Shown: positions 1 to 12,759 of the stretch, piece after piece
Position numbering within the stretch: the first letter of the stretch is position 1
How the letters are laid out: each line of letters starts with the position of its first letter
From: Octopus vulgaris
Lineage: Eukaryota
Direction: 5' to 3'
Length of the DNA stretch: 64,000 nucleotides
Assembly: GCA_951406725.2 (NCBI GenBank)
Contig: OX597822.1
Location: 18,972,001-19,036,000 of the forward strand
The notes under the pieces: generated by a model
The model's input: the letters and a program-made list of their open reading frames with translations, nothing else
What the model was told of the DNA's origin: nothing
Databases searched by the model: none
Program-made: the position numbers and the translations under genes

Positions 1-819
1 GGACCTAAGGGATCCAAGTAGTGTGGATCCAAGCAGCCAGTTAAGTCTACCATCCAAAGAGACCTTGGTGAAATTTGAACTCATACTGCAAAGAGTGAGA
101 ATAAATGCTACAAAGCATCCAGTTCAATGTTCTTACTCTGCCACCAGTTCGCTCCCCTGGATTGTTACGTTTTTATAGACACCAAAAAGAGAAAAGATTT
201 TGATGGAATTTAATAACACATGACTCAGAAAGTCGAAAACAATTTCTATCAAACATTCTCTCCAATACTTTCATGACTCTTTCAATCAGCAATGAAAAGA
301 ATACTATTTGCACAATATATGGTATTATGAGGTTTTGAAAACAAGTTGACCTTCAAATCAAAATCCATATTATGTATGGACTTTTGTTGGTAGTAAACCT
401 TGGAATTATATGAAGGATTTAAATTACCTTCTCTTTCTTTGAAAATAACTAACACTTGCTGTTGGGTTACTTGTTTTATTTCTCCACTCACTGAGAAATT
501 TTCAGTTTATTAGGACATTTTTTTGTTACAGCATTCAGTTCATCATACTTGAATTCTGTTATTTGTTTGAGATAGGATTACTATGCAATTGAGGTTAACC
601 AGTGAGTTGGGATTTAAATCACATGTTCTGACAATTCTTCAGCTAGACTCTAAGTTTGTCTCATATGAGATATTAACTTTTTTAATTGAGAAAAAGGTTA
701 CTAAAACTATGGAGAATCTTCACCATTATTTTACATCTGATTTTCCACAATGGCATGGGTTAAATCAACTTTCTGTGCTGAGCTTGTAGTTGTTTTATGC
801 AACAATCCCTGGAAGACAA

Positions 820-1100
820 GGACTTCAGTAAGCCGCATATTCAGCACCAGATACTTTGTGAGATTCATAAGGGCAACACTGTAACATGTGTAAGGGAAAA
901 CACATATACTGTACATCCTGATGGTGTGAGTGTTTGAAAATGCCAAAAGTGGTTTAACAAATTCAGAAATGGGTGATTTCAATCTTTTGGACAGGTATCA
1001 ATCAGGAAGACCAACTGTTGTCAATAATGATGCTGTGGAAACAGCAACTGAAGAGGATTCACATCAAAGTATTGCGAACTTATCCCAGAATCTTAATAAA
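820..1100 (+). mobile_element. Decayed mariner transposase 5' fragment
   Basis: Translation ...GDFNLLDRYQSGRPTVVNNDAVETATEEDSHQSIANLSQNLN resembles the mariner N-terminal GDFxLxDxxRSGRP region. No TIRs found. Confidence 0.6.
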
Positions 1101-2667
1101 GTTTGGCCTCTGAATGTCTTAAGGAGTGCTCTCTTTTCATTGAATGGGGAAGCAGTACAACTTGGCTTTAGAGTCTCTTGGATTAAAACAAAGATGCAAT
1201 TTGTTGTTGGCTTCTTGCAGGACTTCATTTTGTCATAGTTGTGGGTGAGAATGTTGAACTTGTGGACTGCTTCACTTGTCTCGGCAGTGAGATTCATAGT
1301 GACATGTAGGGATGTGATGTATCTATTCTAAAACCAGAATGCATAATGACAACAGATTGGTGTTATATTTCGTGTGTTAGAACATGGAAAGAAATATAAT
1401 TCTTTATTCTGAAATAGAGCTTGTGAGCTTCATGAAACCTCAGTAATGCTGACGGCTTGAAAATCCCAAACCACACTGTAAAATAGTTAGAATGACATCT
1501 AGCTGTAGAAACCATGCTAAAGCTGACACTAGAGCATAATGCATTCTTTGGGCCCATTGAATCCTGTTAAACCATCCAATACATGCCAACATGAAATGTG
1601 ATGGTGGTGATGGAGGATGATGATGATGATTAGGAGGAGGAGGAGATCATACACATGTATGGAACATCTACACAGTTGAGCCATTAAAAACAGCAATCAA
1701 AGTCCCTCATTTCATGCCTTTAAGGGACTTGGTGGCCAGCCAATGTAGTCCTAGATTTGTACAGAAAGATAAGATGTGTAAAGGTCATGGCTGGGATGCT
1801 TTGATCATAGGTTTGTTCACACAGGATTGATTAGGAGGCTACACAACAACTGCAACACTAAAACTCAAACTCAGATTATGAAACTACTGAAAGAGAAGGC
1901 CTAAGGGAAACAGCTAGCAAGGCCAAGAAACTAAAGAAGGAATGAGAAAAGTAGCTAGCATGAGAGAGGAAGATCAAAAGAAAAAAGTAATAAGCAACTA
2001 AAAATGAGATCAATTAATAGAGAGAGGGAGGTGAAAGAGAGATAGAGGAAAAAAGAGATGAGACGAAGATGGAGAATTATGATTTGTGGCATCATTACTG
2101 TAAAATTCATCAGAGTTTCCTTCTAAATGAATGACACTAAAACATGAGAATAACTATGTGAAGCTGATTTCTGTCAAACTTGAGTATAATAATGGGGTCT
2201 CTAATATGATAATGAGATTTTTAATATGATAATGAGATTCATTTCCATATTCATGTTGAAAAATATCTCCACTATTGTCCCGGTTTGCATGTTGAAAATT
2301 ATAGTTACCAAAATCCCAAATCTGTGTGGTCTCAAAAAGAATCTTAAATACTTGCTAGAACAGCTGATGTTTTAGGAATGATCATAGGCCTGTCATGATT
2401 GTGTATCTAAAGAGTTCTTTGATATATGTCTTAATTTCCAAATGTGGGTAAGAATTAAGTAAGGTCAGGAACTATTGCTTGTGAGAAAAAAAAAAGAGAT
2501 TATAATTTAAAACCAAAATCATTGCATTATGGTATGATAATGATAACCATGTGAAACTCACATTTACTGGGATTTTCATTTCCATTTATTTTTTATTATC
2601 TTCAGTCCTCCTTCCCTTTATTTACCTGCTGTTGCCAATCATTTCTCTACTGAATCACCCATAAATA

Positions 2668-2886
2668 TAATAATAATAATAATAATGAAATTATTGTATA
2701 TAGTGCTCAGGAGCACTACAACTTGTCAAAAAGTGCGTATAAAGCACATGCAGTAATGTGCAAATGTCTGGAAAGTTAACAGTGTATGAGTCAGATACAT
2801 GCTTGCGTGTGTATGGAGGGGAGAAAATCAGATGTAGTGTTGGCGAATCTCAGGAAGCATGACAGTTTTGAAGGATGCAGTGCTCC
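2668..2886 (-). mobile_element. 3' remnant of a LINE (CR1/L2-like) with (ATT)n tail
   Basis: Minus strand reads STASFKTVMLPEIRQHYI*, then a UTR ending in an (att)n tail. Family assignment is tentative. Confidence 0.4.
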
Positions 2887-3345
2887 TCATCTTTTTCCAT
2901 AACACTCTTACTCCTTCCACCTTCTCGCTTATTCTGCTTCTTCCCATATCTTCTCCCTCCACATTTCTTTCATCCCCGCCTCCTAGGTCACCTGACTAAA
3001 TTTACATACCCAAGGCTATTGAGTTCTCCCTATGCTTATACTCCAACCCTTTTCCAACATGACCTCTCCATCATCATTGCACCATGATGACCCATCTGAC
3101 CCATGCCAGCATGGGAAGCATATTGCTAGTGCCACATAAAAAGCACCCAGGACACTTTGTAAAGTAGTTTGTGTTAGGAAGGGTACCCAGCTGTAGAAAC
3201 CATGCCAAAGCAGAGATTGGGGCTTGGTGCAGTTCTCTGACTTCTGTTTCCAGCATGGAAAATGGTGTCAAGTGATGAGGATGATGCTGATGCTGATGAT
3301 GAGGATGACGATGATGGTATGTTTTTATATATACACATACATATA

Positions 3346-3722
3346 TAGGCTCAGGCATGACTGTGTCCTAAGACGTTTGCTTTCAAGCCAATGTTCCAGG
3401 TTCAGGCCCACTGTATGGCACCTCGGGGATGTGTCTTCTACTATAGCTTCAGGCTGACCAAGTGGATTTGGTAGGTGGAAACTGAAAGAAGTCATTTGTG
3501 TGTGTGTGTGTGTGTGTGTGTTTGTATCTGTGTTTGTTCCCCACCACTGTGTGAGAACTAGTGTTGGCAAGTTTACATCCCTCTAACTTAGCAGTTTGGC
3601 AAAAGACACTGATAGAATGAGTACCATGCTCAGAAGAAAATAAAGAATTGGGGGTCAATTTGTTAGGCTAAAATCCTTCAATGTGGTGCCCTACCATAGA
3701 TGCAATCTAATGACTGAAAAAA
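3346..3722 (+). mobile_element. tRNA-derived SINE (CORE-like family), diverged
   Basis: Colinear with the better-preserved copy at 60351-60757, including the internal (GT)n tract and the tgactgaaa tail. Confidence 0.75.
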
Positions 3723-3826
3723 GAAAGATAATATATATATATATATCTCATCATCATCATCGTTTAATTTAATGTCCGCCTTCCATGTTAGCATGGGTGG
3801 GACAGTTTCACAAGAGCTAGCCAGGA

Positions 3827-3867
<41 letters not shown>

Positions 3868-4715
3868 GAGATAGAGAAAGAGAGGGTTAGATATATACAT
3901 ATGTAGTGCATTGTATACATGACTGTGTTCTAGCTTTATAATTTTTCCTATCTTTGTATGTGTCCTTTGCAAATCTGTTTCATGTAGCAAACTTTGAGTC
4001 CGTTACAGAGTTGATGTGCAATACAGTTGTTGTTGCTGTTGGTGGTGGTGATGGTGTTGGTATTGTTGTTTAGCCCAAGGTAGGGCCTGATTGAGCAAAT
4101 CTGTGGTGAAAGGCATTCCAGCCATAATCTTCCAACCAGTTTCTCCTTTTGTATCTCAGATTGCATTATCTGATGTAGTCTTCCATTTTCAAAATAGAAG
4201 ACTCAGATTTGAAAGAGATTTAATTGCTATATCAAGCAGATCAGAACCCTGTTGAAGCTCCTTCATTATTATATATTTGTTGTTATTGTTTAAACCCAGA
4301 TTAGCCTTAAGTAAACCTATGATCAAAGGCATTCCAGCTATTGTTATCCCAAGTTATACCTAAAACTAGATTATTTATTGTCCTCTTTTTGAAGCTAAAT
4401 CTTCAAATTACTTTCTGTGTGATTTGATGGAGATTTAGCTGTTGTTTCTACTAGCCTGAATGTTCACCTAGAACTTCCCTCATAGCTGACTGTAATCTCA
4501 ATGATGAGGTTATGAGGTATAATTGAAATGTAGGGTGTTTTGGAGGTTTCAGGACAGGTATTGTAGAGGTACTAGGGATAGACAGACAGGTGTAGTATTT
4601 GTAATAAGGACATTTGAATATGTTTGGCTGGATGCAGCTAGGGGCTAAGGAATTTATATATATCATCATCATTTAACGTCCGTTTTCCGTGCCTGCACGG
4701 GTTGGATGGCAGAGC

Positions 4716-4752
4716 ACATATATATATATTTATATATACATGTGTGTATATG

Positions 4753-4829
<77 letters not shown>

Positions 4830-4955
4830 GTATATATATATATGTATATATATATGTATATATATGTATATATATATGTATATATATACATATATGTATA
4901 TATATGTATATGTATATATATATGTATATATATGTATATGTATATATATATATGT

Positions 4956-4989
<34 letters not shown>

Positions 4990-5014
4990 ACATATATATA
5001 TGTATATATATATG

Positions 5015-5063
<49 letters not shown>

Positions 5064-5092
5064 GTATATATATATATGTATATATATATATG

Positions 5093-5143
<51 letters not shown>

Positions 5144-5148
5144 ATATA
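4716..5148. repeat. (TA)n/(TATG)n compound microsatellite
   Basis: Seen directly in the sequence; source of spurious YI-rich ORFs. Confidence 0.97.
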
Positions 5149-5154
5149 ACCACT

Positions 5155-5462
5155 GGGCAATGGCCCAGTGCTTAGGGCAGCGGACTCGCAGTCGGAGGAT
5201 TGCGGTTTCGATTCCCAGACCAGGCGTTGTGTGTGTTTATTCAGCGAAAACACCTAAAAGCTCCACGAGGCTCCGGCAGGGGGTGGTGATCCCTACTGTA
5301 CTCTTTCACCACTCTTTCTCTCACTCTTTCTTCTGTTGGCCTGCTCGCTTAGCCAGCGGGCTGACGTCGTTCGAAGGCTAAAACAATGCGAACGCATTGT
5401 GACCAGCGATGTGTAGAAACATCTGATGGTCTGGTCAGTCACGTGATCACGTGGTCAGATGA
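5155..5462 (+). mobile_element. tRNA-derived SINE (tRNA-Arg-like head) inserted in a TA microsatellite
   Basis: A-box-like tggcccagtgct and B-box-like gtttcgattcc, with a cacgtgat-repeat tail. A second copy lies on the opposite strand at 20843-21140. Confidence 0.8.
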
Positions 5463-5533
5463 TATATGTATATATATATATATATATGTGTATAATAAAT
5501 GTGTATATATATATGTGTGTATATATATGTGTG

Positions 5534-5566
<33 letters not shown>

Positions 5567-5567
5567 G

Positions 5568-5623
<56 letters not shown>

Positions 5624-5674
5624 TATATGTGTATATATGTATATATATGTATATATGTATATATATATATATAA

Positions 5675-5717
<43 letters not shown>

Positions 5718-5785
5718 TAAGAGAGTTAACGATAAGTGGCTAACTCTAGTGCTAGAAATAGCTCCTTATTCTGGTATAGCCACCG

Positions 5786-5849
<64 letters not shown>

Positions 5850-5888
5850 ATGTGTATATATATATATGTATATATATATATGTATATA
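5463..5888. repeat. (TA)n-rich microsatellite interrupted by a ~70-bp unique segment
   Basis: Seen directly in the sequence. Confidence 0.9.
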
Positions 5889-5889
5889 A

Positions 5890-7570
5890 AAATTCAGGGT
5901 GAATACTTGATAATTGTAAGCACCTGTATATACCATTTAGTGGTGTAGATGATAGAGTATATTAATCAAAATAAAAATATGATGCCAAGGATTTAGCGGT
6001 ACATATGTTTCGGGCCTTTATTAGACGGTTTTATAACAATGCATAATGTGTGTCTATAGCCTTCTTCAGCCGCGTACAATTACTACTTCAAGGACATGTA
6101 TTACATTATAAGTTTTACGTTGGGGATGCAAATCCTCATAGTCACGTACGACAGAGTGGGGCACCAACACAAAATCGAAGCGCCCATCCCGTCTTTCACT
6201 TGATGTAGAATGAGAAAGTTTGGATGTTGAGATAGAGAGGGGAGGGAGTTGGGGGGGTTGAATCTTTAGTGAGTTAGGGATCACAAAGAGGGAGGGTGGT
6301 GGGTGCAAAAGGCAGTAAAAGAGTAAAAATTTAAAAATATATAAAAAAGATATAAGAATATAAAAAAATATATAAGAATATAAAAAAGTATCTAAGTATA
6401 TAAATATATAAATACACACAGCCGTGAAAAAAACATGGTAATATAAATAAATAGATATAAAGATAAAGAAGTGAGAACTGAAGACGAAAGAAAATAAATA
6501 ATAAGGATAAGAAAATTTTTTAAAATATATAAGGGGAAGGGATAAAAGATGAAGAAATGTAAAGGGGTGAAGAACTAACAGGGTGGTCAGAAGATAGCGT
6601 AAGGTACAGAAAGATGACATATTCCGGGTTTTTGAAGCCTATGGGCGTTATGGCGGGTGTCATAAATCAACTGAAATGTCTGGAGACCAAGTATATGGTC
6701 AATCTCGGTTGTCTGGTTTGTGGTTAAACAGTTTATCTACTTCCTCGTAAATTGTCTTTGTTACTAGTGGTCAACATGTACATACGTACATGCATGCATA
6801 CATATACACATATACACGTATACACATCCACACGTATATATACATACGTACTCTCGTGTAAAAATACCAACAGGGATACACATATACATACAGATACCTA
6901 AGCCTGCACCAGCTAAATACATAAAAGCAAATAGACTAACCTGCCTCTGCATACGCACTCGTATACATACAAATACATACTCACACATACATATGTAAAG
7001 CCCGCCCGTCTACCCACTTATATACGTATATGCGCACATACATAAATATCTCAATATACACATACATACGGAAAAAGTCACATGTAGTTGGGTACAAGAA
7101 CTGACACGCATACGTACGTATACACATACACGTACATACACACATACAGACACACTCACACACATGAGGAAGTAAATCCCTATGCTTATGGACAAAAATA
7201 TGCATACACCCACACTCACGCCCACACTCACACACATGAGGGAGTAAATCCCCATGCATATACACAAAAGTATGCATATATGCCTATGCACAGACACAGG
7301 TATAACAGGTAGGTCCAATCCCACACACAGGCAAGAGGGACCTACATGTTCTAAATGTCTGTCTTAGAGTGGCGTGACGGTTGCAAACCATTGTAATAAC
7401 ATTATAAGTGGGTAATTAGCAAGTTAAAGAGGTGTACGGGTAAATCAGAAAAGAAAGAGACAAAGAAGAAAGTAAGAGGCAAAGAAAAAAATTGAGAAGG
7501 GATAAGAACAAAAGTAAAAATAAAAATAAAAATAAAAATGGAAATTAAAAAAAATAAAAATGAACATTAA
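5890..7570 (-). mobile_element. Probable PLE 3' UTR/pseudo-LTR remnant carrying the HHR
   Basis: HHR near the end that abuts a TA microsatellite, strong strand skew, and an internal ~72-bp duplication (7152-7278). No recognisable ORF; boundaries approximate. Confidence 0.45.
5996..6073 (-). ncRNA. Type I hammerhead ribozyme motif (intact core)
   Basis: Minus strand: GCGG-CUGAAGA-AGGC..(extended stem II)..GCCC-GAAA-CAUAUG-UA|CCGC. Stem I is GCGG/CCGC, stem III is palindromic, and the GUA cleavage site falls between 6000 and 5999. Confidence 0.8.
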
Positions 7571-8004
7571 AATTAGCACCCATGCTGGTGACATGTAAGA
7601 AGGCGGTTGGTGTTAGGAAGGACATCCAGCCATAGAAACCAAACCATAATCTGACGGGAACCTGGTACGGCTCTCTGGTTTACCAGTTCCAGTCAAGCCA
7701 TCTAATCCATGCCAGTATGAAAAGTGGATGCTAAATGATGATGATGATGAGGGTGGTGGCAGCGGCGATGATGTACAAGGGTGTGCTGAAAATTTTCTGG
7801 CTTTTAGGGTTTGTTAAAGGCCTGATACCACAGATATAATCAGTAGTACAATATAGCATTGAACCAAAACATGGTTATTGCACAATGAAGTTATTAACTG
7901 GCCAAATCAGTTTACATAAGCTTTTAGGAATAATGGATTTATAAGCAGTGTTTCTGTGGACAGTCAAAGTGTAGACTTAATCCCTGATGAAATCCCAACA
8001 GGAC

Positions 8005-8221
8005 TAACCCTTTTGCTACCAACCCACATCAGACCACCCTTGATTGTATGATATAAACTTCCCTTTTTAAAGTGATCCAAATTAAGACCTTCCATCAAAT
8101 TTTCTTATGTTCCTAACACCAACTTTATGACTAAACGATTTCAGTAAATTCTTCGTTATTTTAAAAATCAATTAAGCAAAAGCCTTGTATTTCAACAGAA
8201 ATATGGAAGCAAAATGATTAA
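8005..8221. mobile_element. piggyBac-like MITE, decayed
   Basis: Ends ctaacccttttgctacca ... atggaagcaaaatgattaa resemble degenerate TTAA-CCCT inverted termini. Confidence 0.4.
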
Positions 8222-10222
8222 AACCAGTTCAGTAGAACCCTCTTTTTCTGCCCATAAAGTTATTGTATATAAAAACAAGACGTTTACAACTGTCTTTACA
8301 TAGTAATGTTGGGTAAAAGTCATCACTATCATTATCATCATCATTACATCTGTTTTCCGTGCTGGCATGAGTTGGACTGTTTGATAGAAACTGACATGCC
8401 AGAGGACTATGCCAAGCTCCAATGTCTGATATGACATTTTTTCTACAGCTGGATATCATTCCTAATGCTAACCACTTTACTGAGTGTACTGGATGTCTTT
8501 GGCATGACACCAGCACGAGTGAGGTTAAGTAACTCACAAGACAAGACCTCCCACATGGGGAGTAGTATTGAGAGAGGTAGCTTTATGGCAGGTGATGAGA
8601 GATTAAAGTATTCTAACAGGTGTCTTGCTGTAAGGAAGACACATGTTTATCCTAGTTGGAAAAAGCAAGAAGATGGTAGTGTAGTGTGTTATACACTTAA
8701 GCTACAAGAAATTGACTATAAGAGAAATGGTATGGGAGTGTGATAAGAGAAGGGCAGATGGATAGAGATGGAGATAGGGGGAAATGCAAGAGGTAGGGTA
8801 GGTATAACATCAGCAATATATTCAATAGATACAATACAATAAACTTTATTACAAAACTGGATCTTTCAAAAAAAAAAATAGAATCAAGACTATTTGCAAA
8901 TATGCCAACCAATTGGCAAAACAAAACAACAAAAAAGAACAATCTTATCTTCTCTTTCCTTTCCTTTTATTTATGTATTTGTGTGGGTGGGTATAAGTAT
9001 ATAAATAGGTAAGTTCATTGTAAAATATAGAAATATAATGCTTTAAAACAATGAAATATTTTGGAATTGTTAAATTTGGTTATTCAGCATGGAAGTATAT
9101 TTTTACAATTTAATATTAAAACTAATTGTATTTTTTAAAAAATATACCTATTGAACTGTAACAGTTGAGTTTACTTGTTTGTTTGTTTGGGTTTGGTTTT
9201 CTTTTTCCCCATCAAAAAATTTTCTTTCATATTTATGCATTCATTACTACATTTTTGCAGTATATGTGAGTGAGCATGTGTGTGTACCTATACATGCATG
9301 TGTGTGTGTACACACACACATATTATGCATGCATAGATACACACACACTCACATATATATATATCTACATTTTGCCATGTATATATATATTAATAATAAT
9401 TTTGTAGCTAGAAGCATGTGAAATAACAATGAGAAATTTGGTGCTTCAGTTATTAGTTTTCAAAAACGTAAGAGAGACAAGATAAGAAAGAAAGAAAGAA
9501 AGCCATAAGAGATACAAACTGAGGAGAAATAGAATTACTGAGACATATATCCACAGCAGTAACAGAATTTAGCAAGTTCAATCTTACAAAAAAAAAATAC
9601 ATAATAAATAAATGGCAAAAGAAAATAGAAATTATCTAATTATTTTAAATGAGTTTTTTGTTCTTTTTTCTAAAAGACTAACTTTTCTTTCTTTATCATT
9701 ATTATTGTTATATATATATATAATATTATATTTATTTCTTGCAGTACACATATATGAGTAATTAAAATTTCAACCTCTAGAGATTGTATTGTAGCAGCCT
9801 TATAATATTGCTTTTAATAGTTTCAATCTCTGCCTCCGGAAAGATATATCTCTATTTTACAAAAAGCAAAGTGAGAATATATATATAATAATAATAATAT
9901 AAATAACATATATAAGAATATAGAAATGAAGAAATTTTTTTGTGAAAAAGAAACAAAGCAGGAGAAATGCTATCCTTATGAAAAACATAGGTGATTAGTT
10001 CTTTGGGAATTGTGAAAAGAAGTAGGACTCTTACCAGGTTCATGCAAATAGAACAAGACACAGACATGTGTCAATAATAATGGTATGTAAAGGAAAAGAT
10101 ACCTGTTTGTGCATGAATTACGTGTGTGTGTGTGTGTGCAACTGAAATGTAAGGTCATCTTATTTATATGTGTATGAATACACACACATGAATTATGATT
10201 ATGTTCATCTATTATATTTGTA

Positions 10223-10269
<47 letters not shown>

Positions 10270-11190
10270 ACAACCAAACACTCACATATATGTGTGTGTG
10301 TGTGTATATATATTCTTTTATTCTTTTACTTCTTTCAGTCATTTGATTGTGGCCATGCTGTCTCCTTTATTATATAATACATGTAAAACAAAGACAGACT
10401 TCAAAAGTCATTCTTGAGTCATAGGCTCATGTATATACATGTATTCTGTTCTGGATAGGATGTCTGTTCATTGCAGGATTGCTCATTTTTGCAAGCTGAG
10501 AGCACAGAAGCAACTTAATCTGAAGCATTTTTCTCAAGAACAAAATGCATCTCCCAGTCCAGGAATTGAAACTGCAATCTTATGATCATGAGTTCAACAC
10601 CCAACCCACTAAACAATGCAACTCCACATATCATGTATATATATCTATTTTATTTAAACGAACAAGCTGTTTGTACATTCACAAAATTGTATTTGACAAG
10701 TTCTAACTTTCGCTAACTCAGCCTTAAATTTATATGGTAACTCTATATGCTGACAGCCTGGATTTAGCCAAACCTTTTGACAATGGAAGGGGGACTGCTG
10801 ATGAGCCTACAATCTTACAGACAAAACTAGTGTGTTTGTTCCAACCACCATCGCTTGTCAACTGATGTTGGTGCATTTATGTCCCAGTAACTTAGTAGTT
10901 TGGCAAAGAGACCGATAGAATAAGTATTAGACTTACAAAGATAAAATCCTGGGGTTGATTTCATTGACTAAAACTCTTTAAGACAGAGCTCCAGCATGGC
11001 AACAGTCAAATGACTGAAACAATATATACTCATATATACATATGAGTATATATAAAATACATATATATATCTTCATCATCATCATCATCATCATTTAACA
11101 TCTGTGTTCCATGCTATATATATATATATTGCCATGATAGATCGGTAGTCACTACACACGCTTTTTCTCTCCTTGTTTTTTTCTGTGTCC

Positions 11191-11226
11191 CTTTCTGTAG
11201 AAGAGCGTAGGCTCGAAACATAAAAG
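11191..11226 (+). ncRNA. Minimal HHR-like motif (variant core) within a short repeat at ~11130-11303
   Basis: CUUU-CUGUAGA-A-GAGC-GUAG-GCUC-GAAA-CA-UA-AAAG. Stems I and II are perfect; A6>U and the stem III pair is broken. Confidence 0.55.
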
Positions 11227-11305
11227 ACTTTTTCTATTCCTGAGTGTTATATTAATACATCTGTTTGTTTTGTACACCACCTGTCTTCATCTTTTGTTTT
11301 TTGTA

Positions 11306-11372
<67 letters not shown>

Positions 11373-11375
<3 letters not shown>

Positions 11376-11580
11376 GTTAATCCAAACAAGAAAGCACAAA
11401 AAAACACAACAATGCGAGGACGTGGAACAAATATAGTATTATTGGATGCTCAGGAAAGAAGGAAAGAAGGAGGGTTTAACGTTTTGAGCGGAGTTCTTCG
11501 TCGGAAACATAGGAGAAGGAAAGATCCAGAGAAGGGAAGACAGAGGAAAAAAAATCGCCAAAGGTACACGCGAGGTCATA
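11373..11580 (-). mobile_element. Short non-autonomous HHR-bearing repeat (PLE pLTR-like), HHR decayed
   Basis: Same family as 21268-21395, 49798-50007 and the fragments near 19585 and 19776. HHR at 11474-11508 reads GUUU-CCGACGA-AGAACUCCGCUC-AAAA-CG-UU-AAAC. Flanked by (TA)n. Confidence 0.7.
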
Positions 11581-11699
11581 TATATATATACATATATATA
11601 TATACAAATATATTTATAATAAGATTAGCTTGTATACGAGTGGGTATATATTTGTAAAAAATGAAGTTTGAAAATGCTACTATATTAGACAAATTTTTA

Positions 11700-11744
11700 T
11701 TTTAACATGTTTCGGTTCTTGAAATGACGAACCTTATCAAAAAA
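11700..11744 (-). ncRNA. Decayed minimal HHR in the PLE1 3' end
   Basis: UUUU-UUGAUAA-GGUUC..GAACC-GAAA-CAUG-UU-AAAA. The core is two transitions away from CUGAUGA. Confidence 0.65.
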
Positions 11745-12119
11745 AATTATATATAATAAAGAGAGTCCATGCTATATGTTTAAAGAGTATGATGTAATAG
11801 TTCATAATTGTGACATATATTCAATAGAGACAAATATAAAAAAATTCATATATAATATTCAATAGAGTCAAATATAAAAAATTCATATATAATAAAGCGA
11901 GTCCATGCTATATGTTTAAAGAGTATGATGTAGTAGTTCATAATTGTGACATACATTCAATAGAGTCAAATATAAAAAATTCCTGTTCTTGAAAAGGCGA
12001 GGAGTTCATTTTAGATTTTACCTTGTGTTCCAATGGGAGCAACAGTAATGATTTTTGGTTGGTGTCTGCTCGCGGATTTAAATCAGCTCAGCTAAGCTGT
12101 GGTCACTTGCACTTTTCAC

Positions 12120-12510
12120 TGACGTCATATAGTTCCAAACCAATCAAAACCCAGTCTCAACGAATATAGTGAAAAGACTCCTAACTGTATCCTGTTAGGA
12201 AATCAACCAAGCGGAACGACAGTTTGGCCACGGAAGAAATACGTCATCATTTTTTTGACGAATTAGATCTGACCCATGACTGTATCCTGTTAGGTGGCTA
12301 GTCCAGCAGAACGAGACATCATCAATGTTTTGACCAATCAGAATCGGGTCTGAGGTGGCTAGTCCAGCAGAACAAGACGTCATCAATGTTTTGACCAATC
12401 AGAATCGGGTTTGACCCATAGCTGTATCGTGTGGGGAAACCGACCAAGCAGGGTGACAATAGCTTGACCACTGAGGTAATACGTCATCAGTTTTTTGACG
12501 AATCAGGATT
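12120..12510. promoter_or_regulatory. Repeated CRE and CCAAT motifs in the PLE1 3' UTR (candidate internal promoter)
   Basis: TGACGTCA at 12120; ACGTCA at 12241, 12377 and 12481; CCAATCA at 12140, 12334 and 12395, partly within a 61-bp tandem duplication. Confidence 0.4.
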
Positions 12511-12759
12511 AGATCTGCTCGTAGAGAAAGAGATCTTTTTATAAATTTTTCTTTCCCTAAGACATATCACTGTCAGCGTGAGTGACTGTTTAAGGATCTG
12601 AGAAATTGTAATTCGCCCCACCTCCATTATTATAATTCTCTCACTGTGGCCGTAGCAACAGTGATCATGGTGGTTGTAGTAGTAGTGCGAGTTGGGGCAG
12701 TCATAGTGGTTGTGGTAGAATTTCGTTTCTCTTTTTCGGAGGACCAATGCTTTGTTTTA

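Noticed and set aside
428-490. Minus-strand 63-nt AG...GT exon candidate
   Set aside because: Poor polypyrimidine tract, no recognisable peptide, and opposite strand to the other candidates.
5155-5225. tRNA genes at SINE heads (also near 21140 and 60351)
   Set aside because: The tRNA-like parts run directly into SINE bodies and do not form complete cloverleaves.
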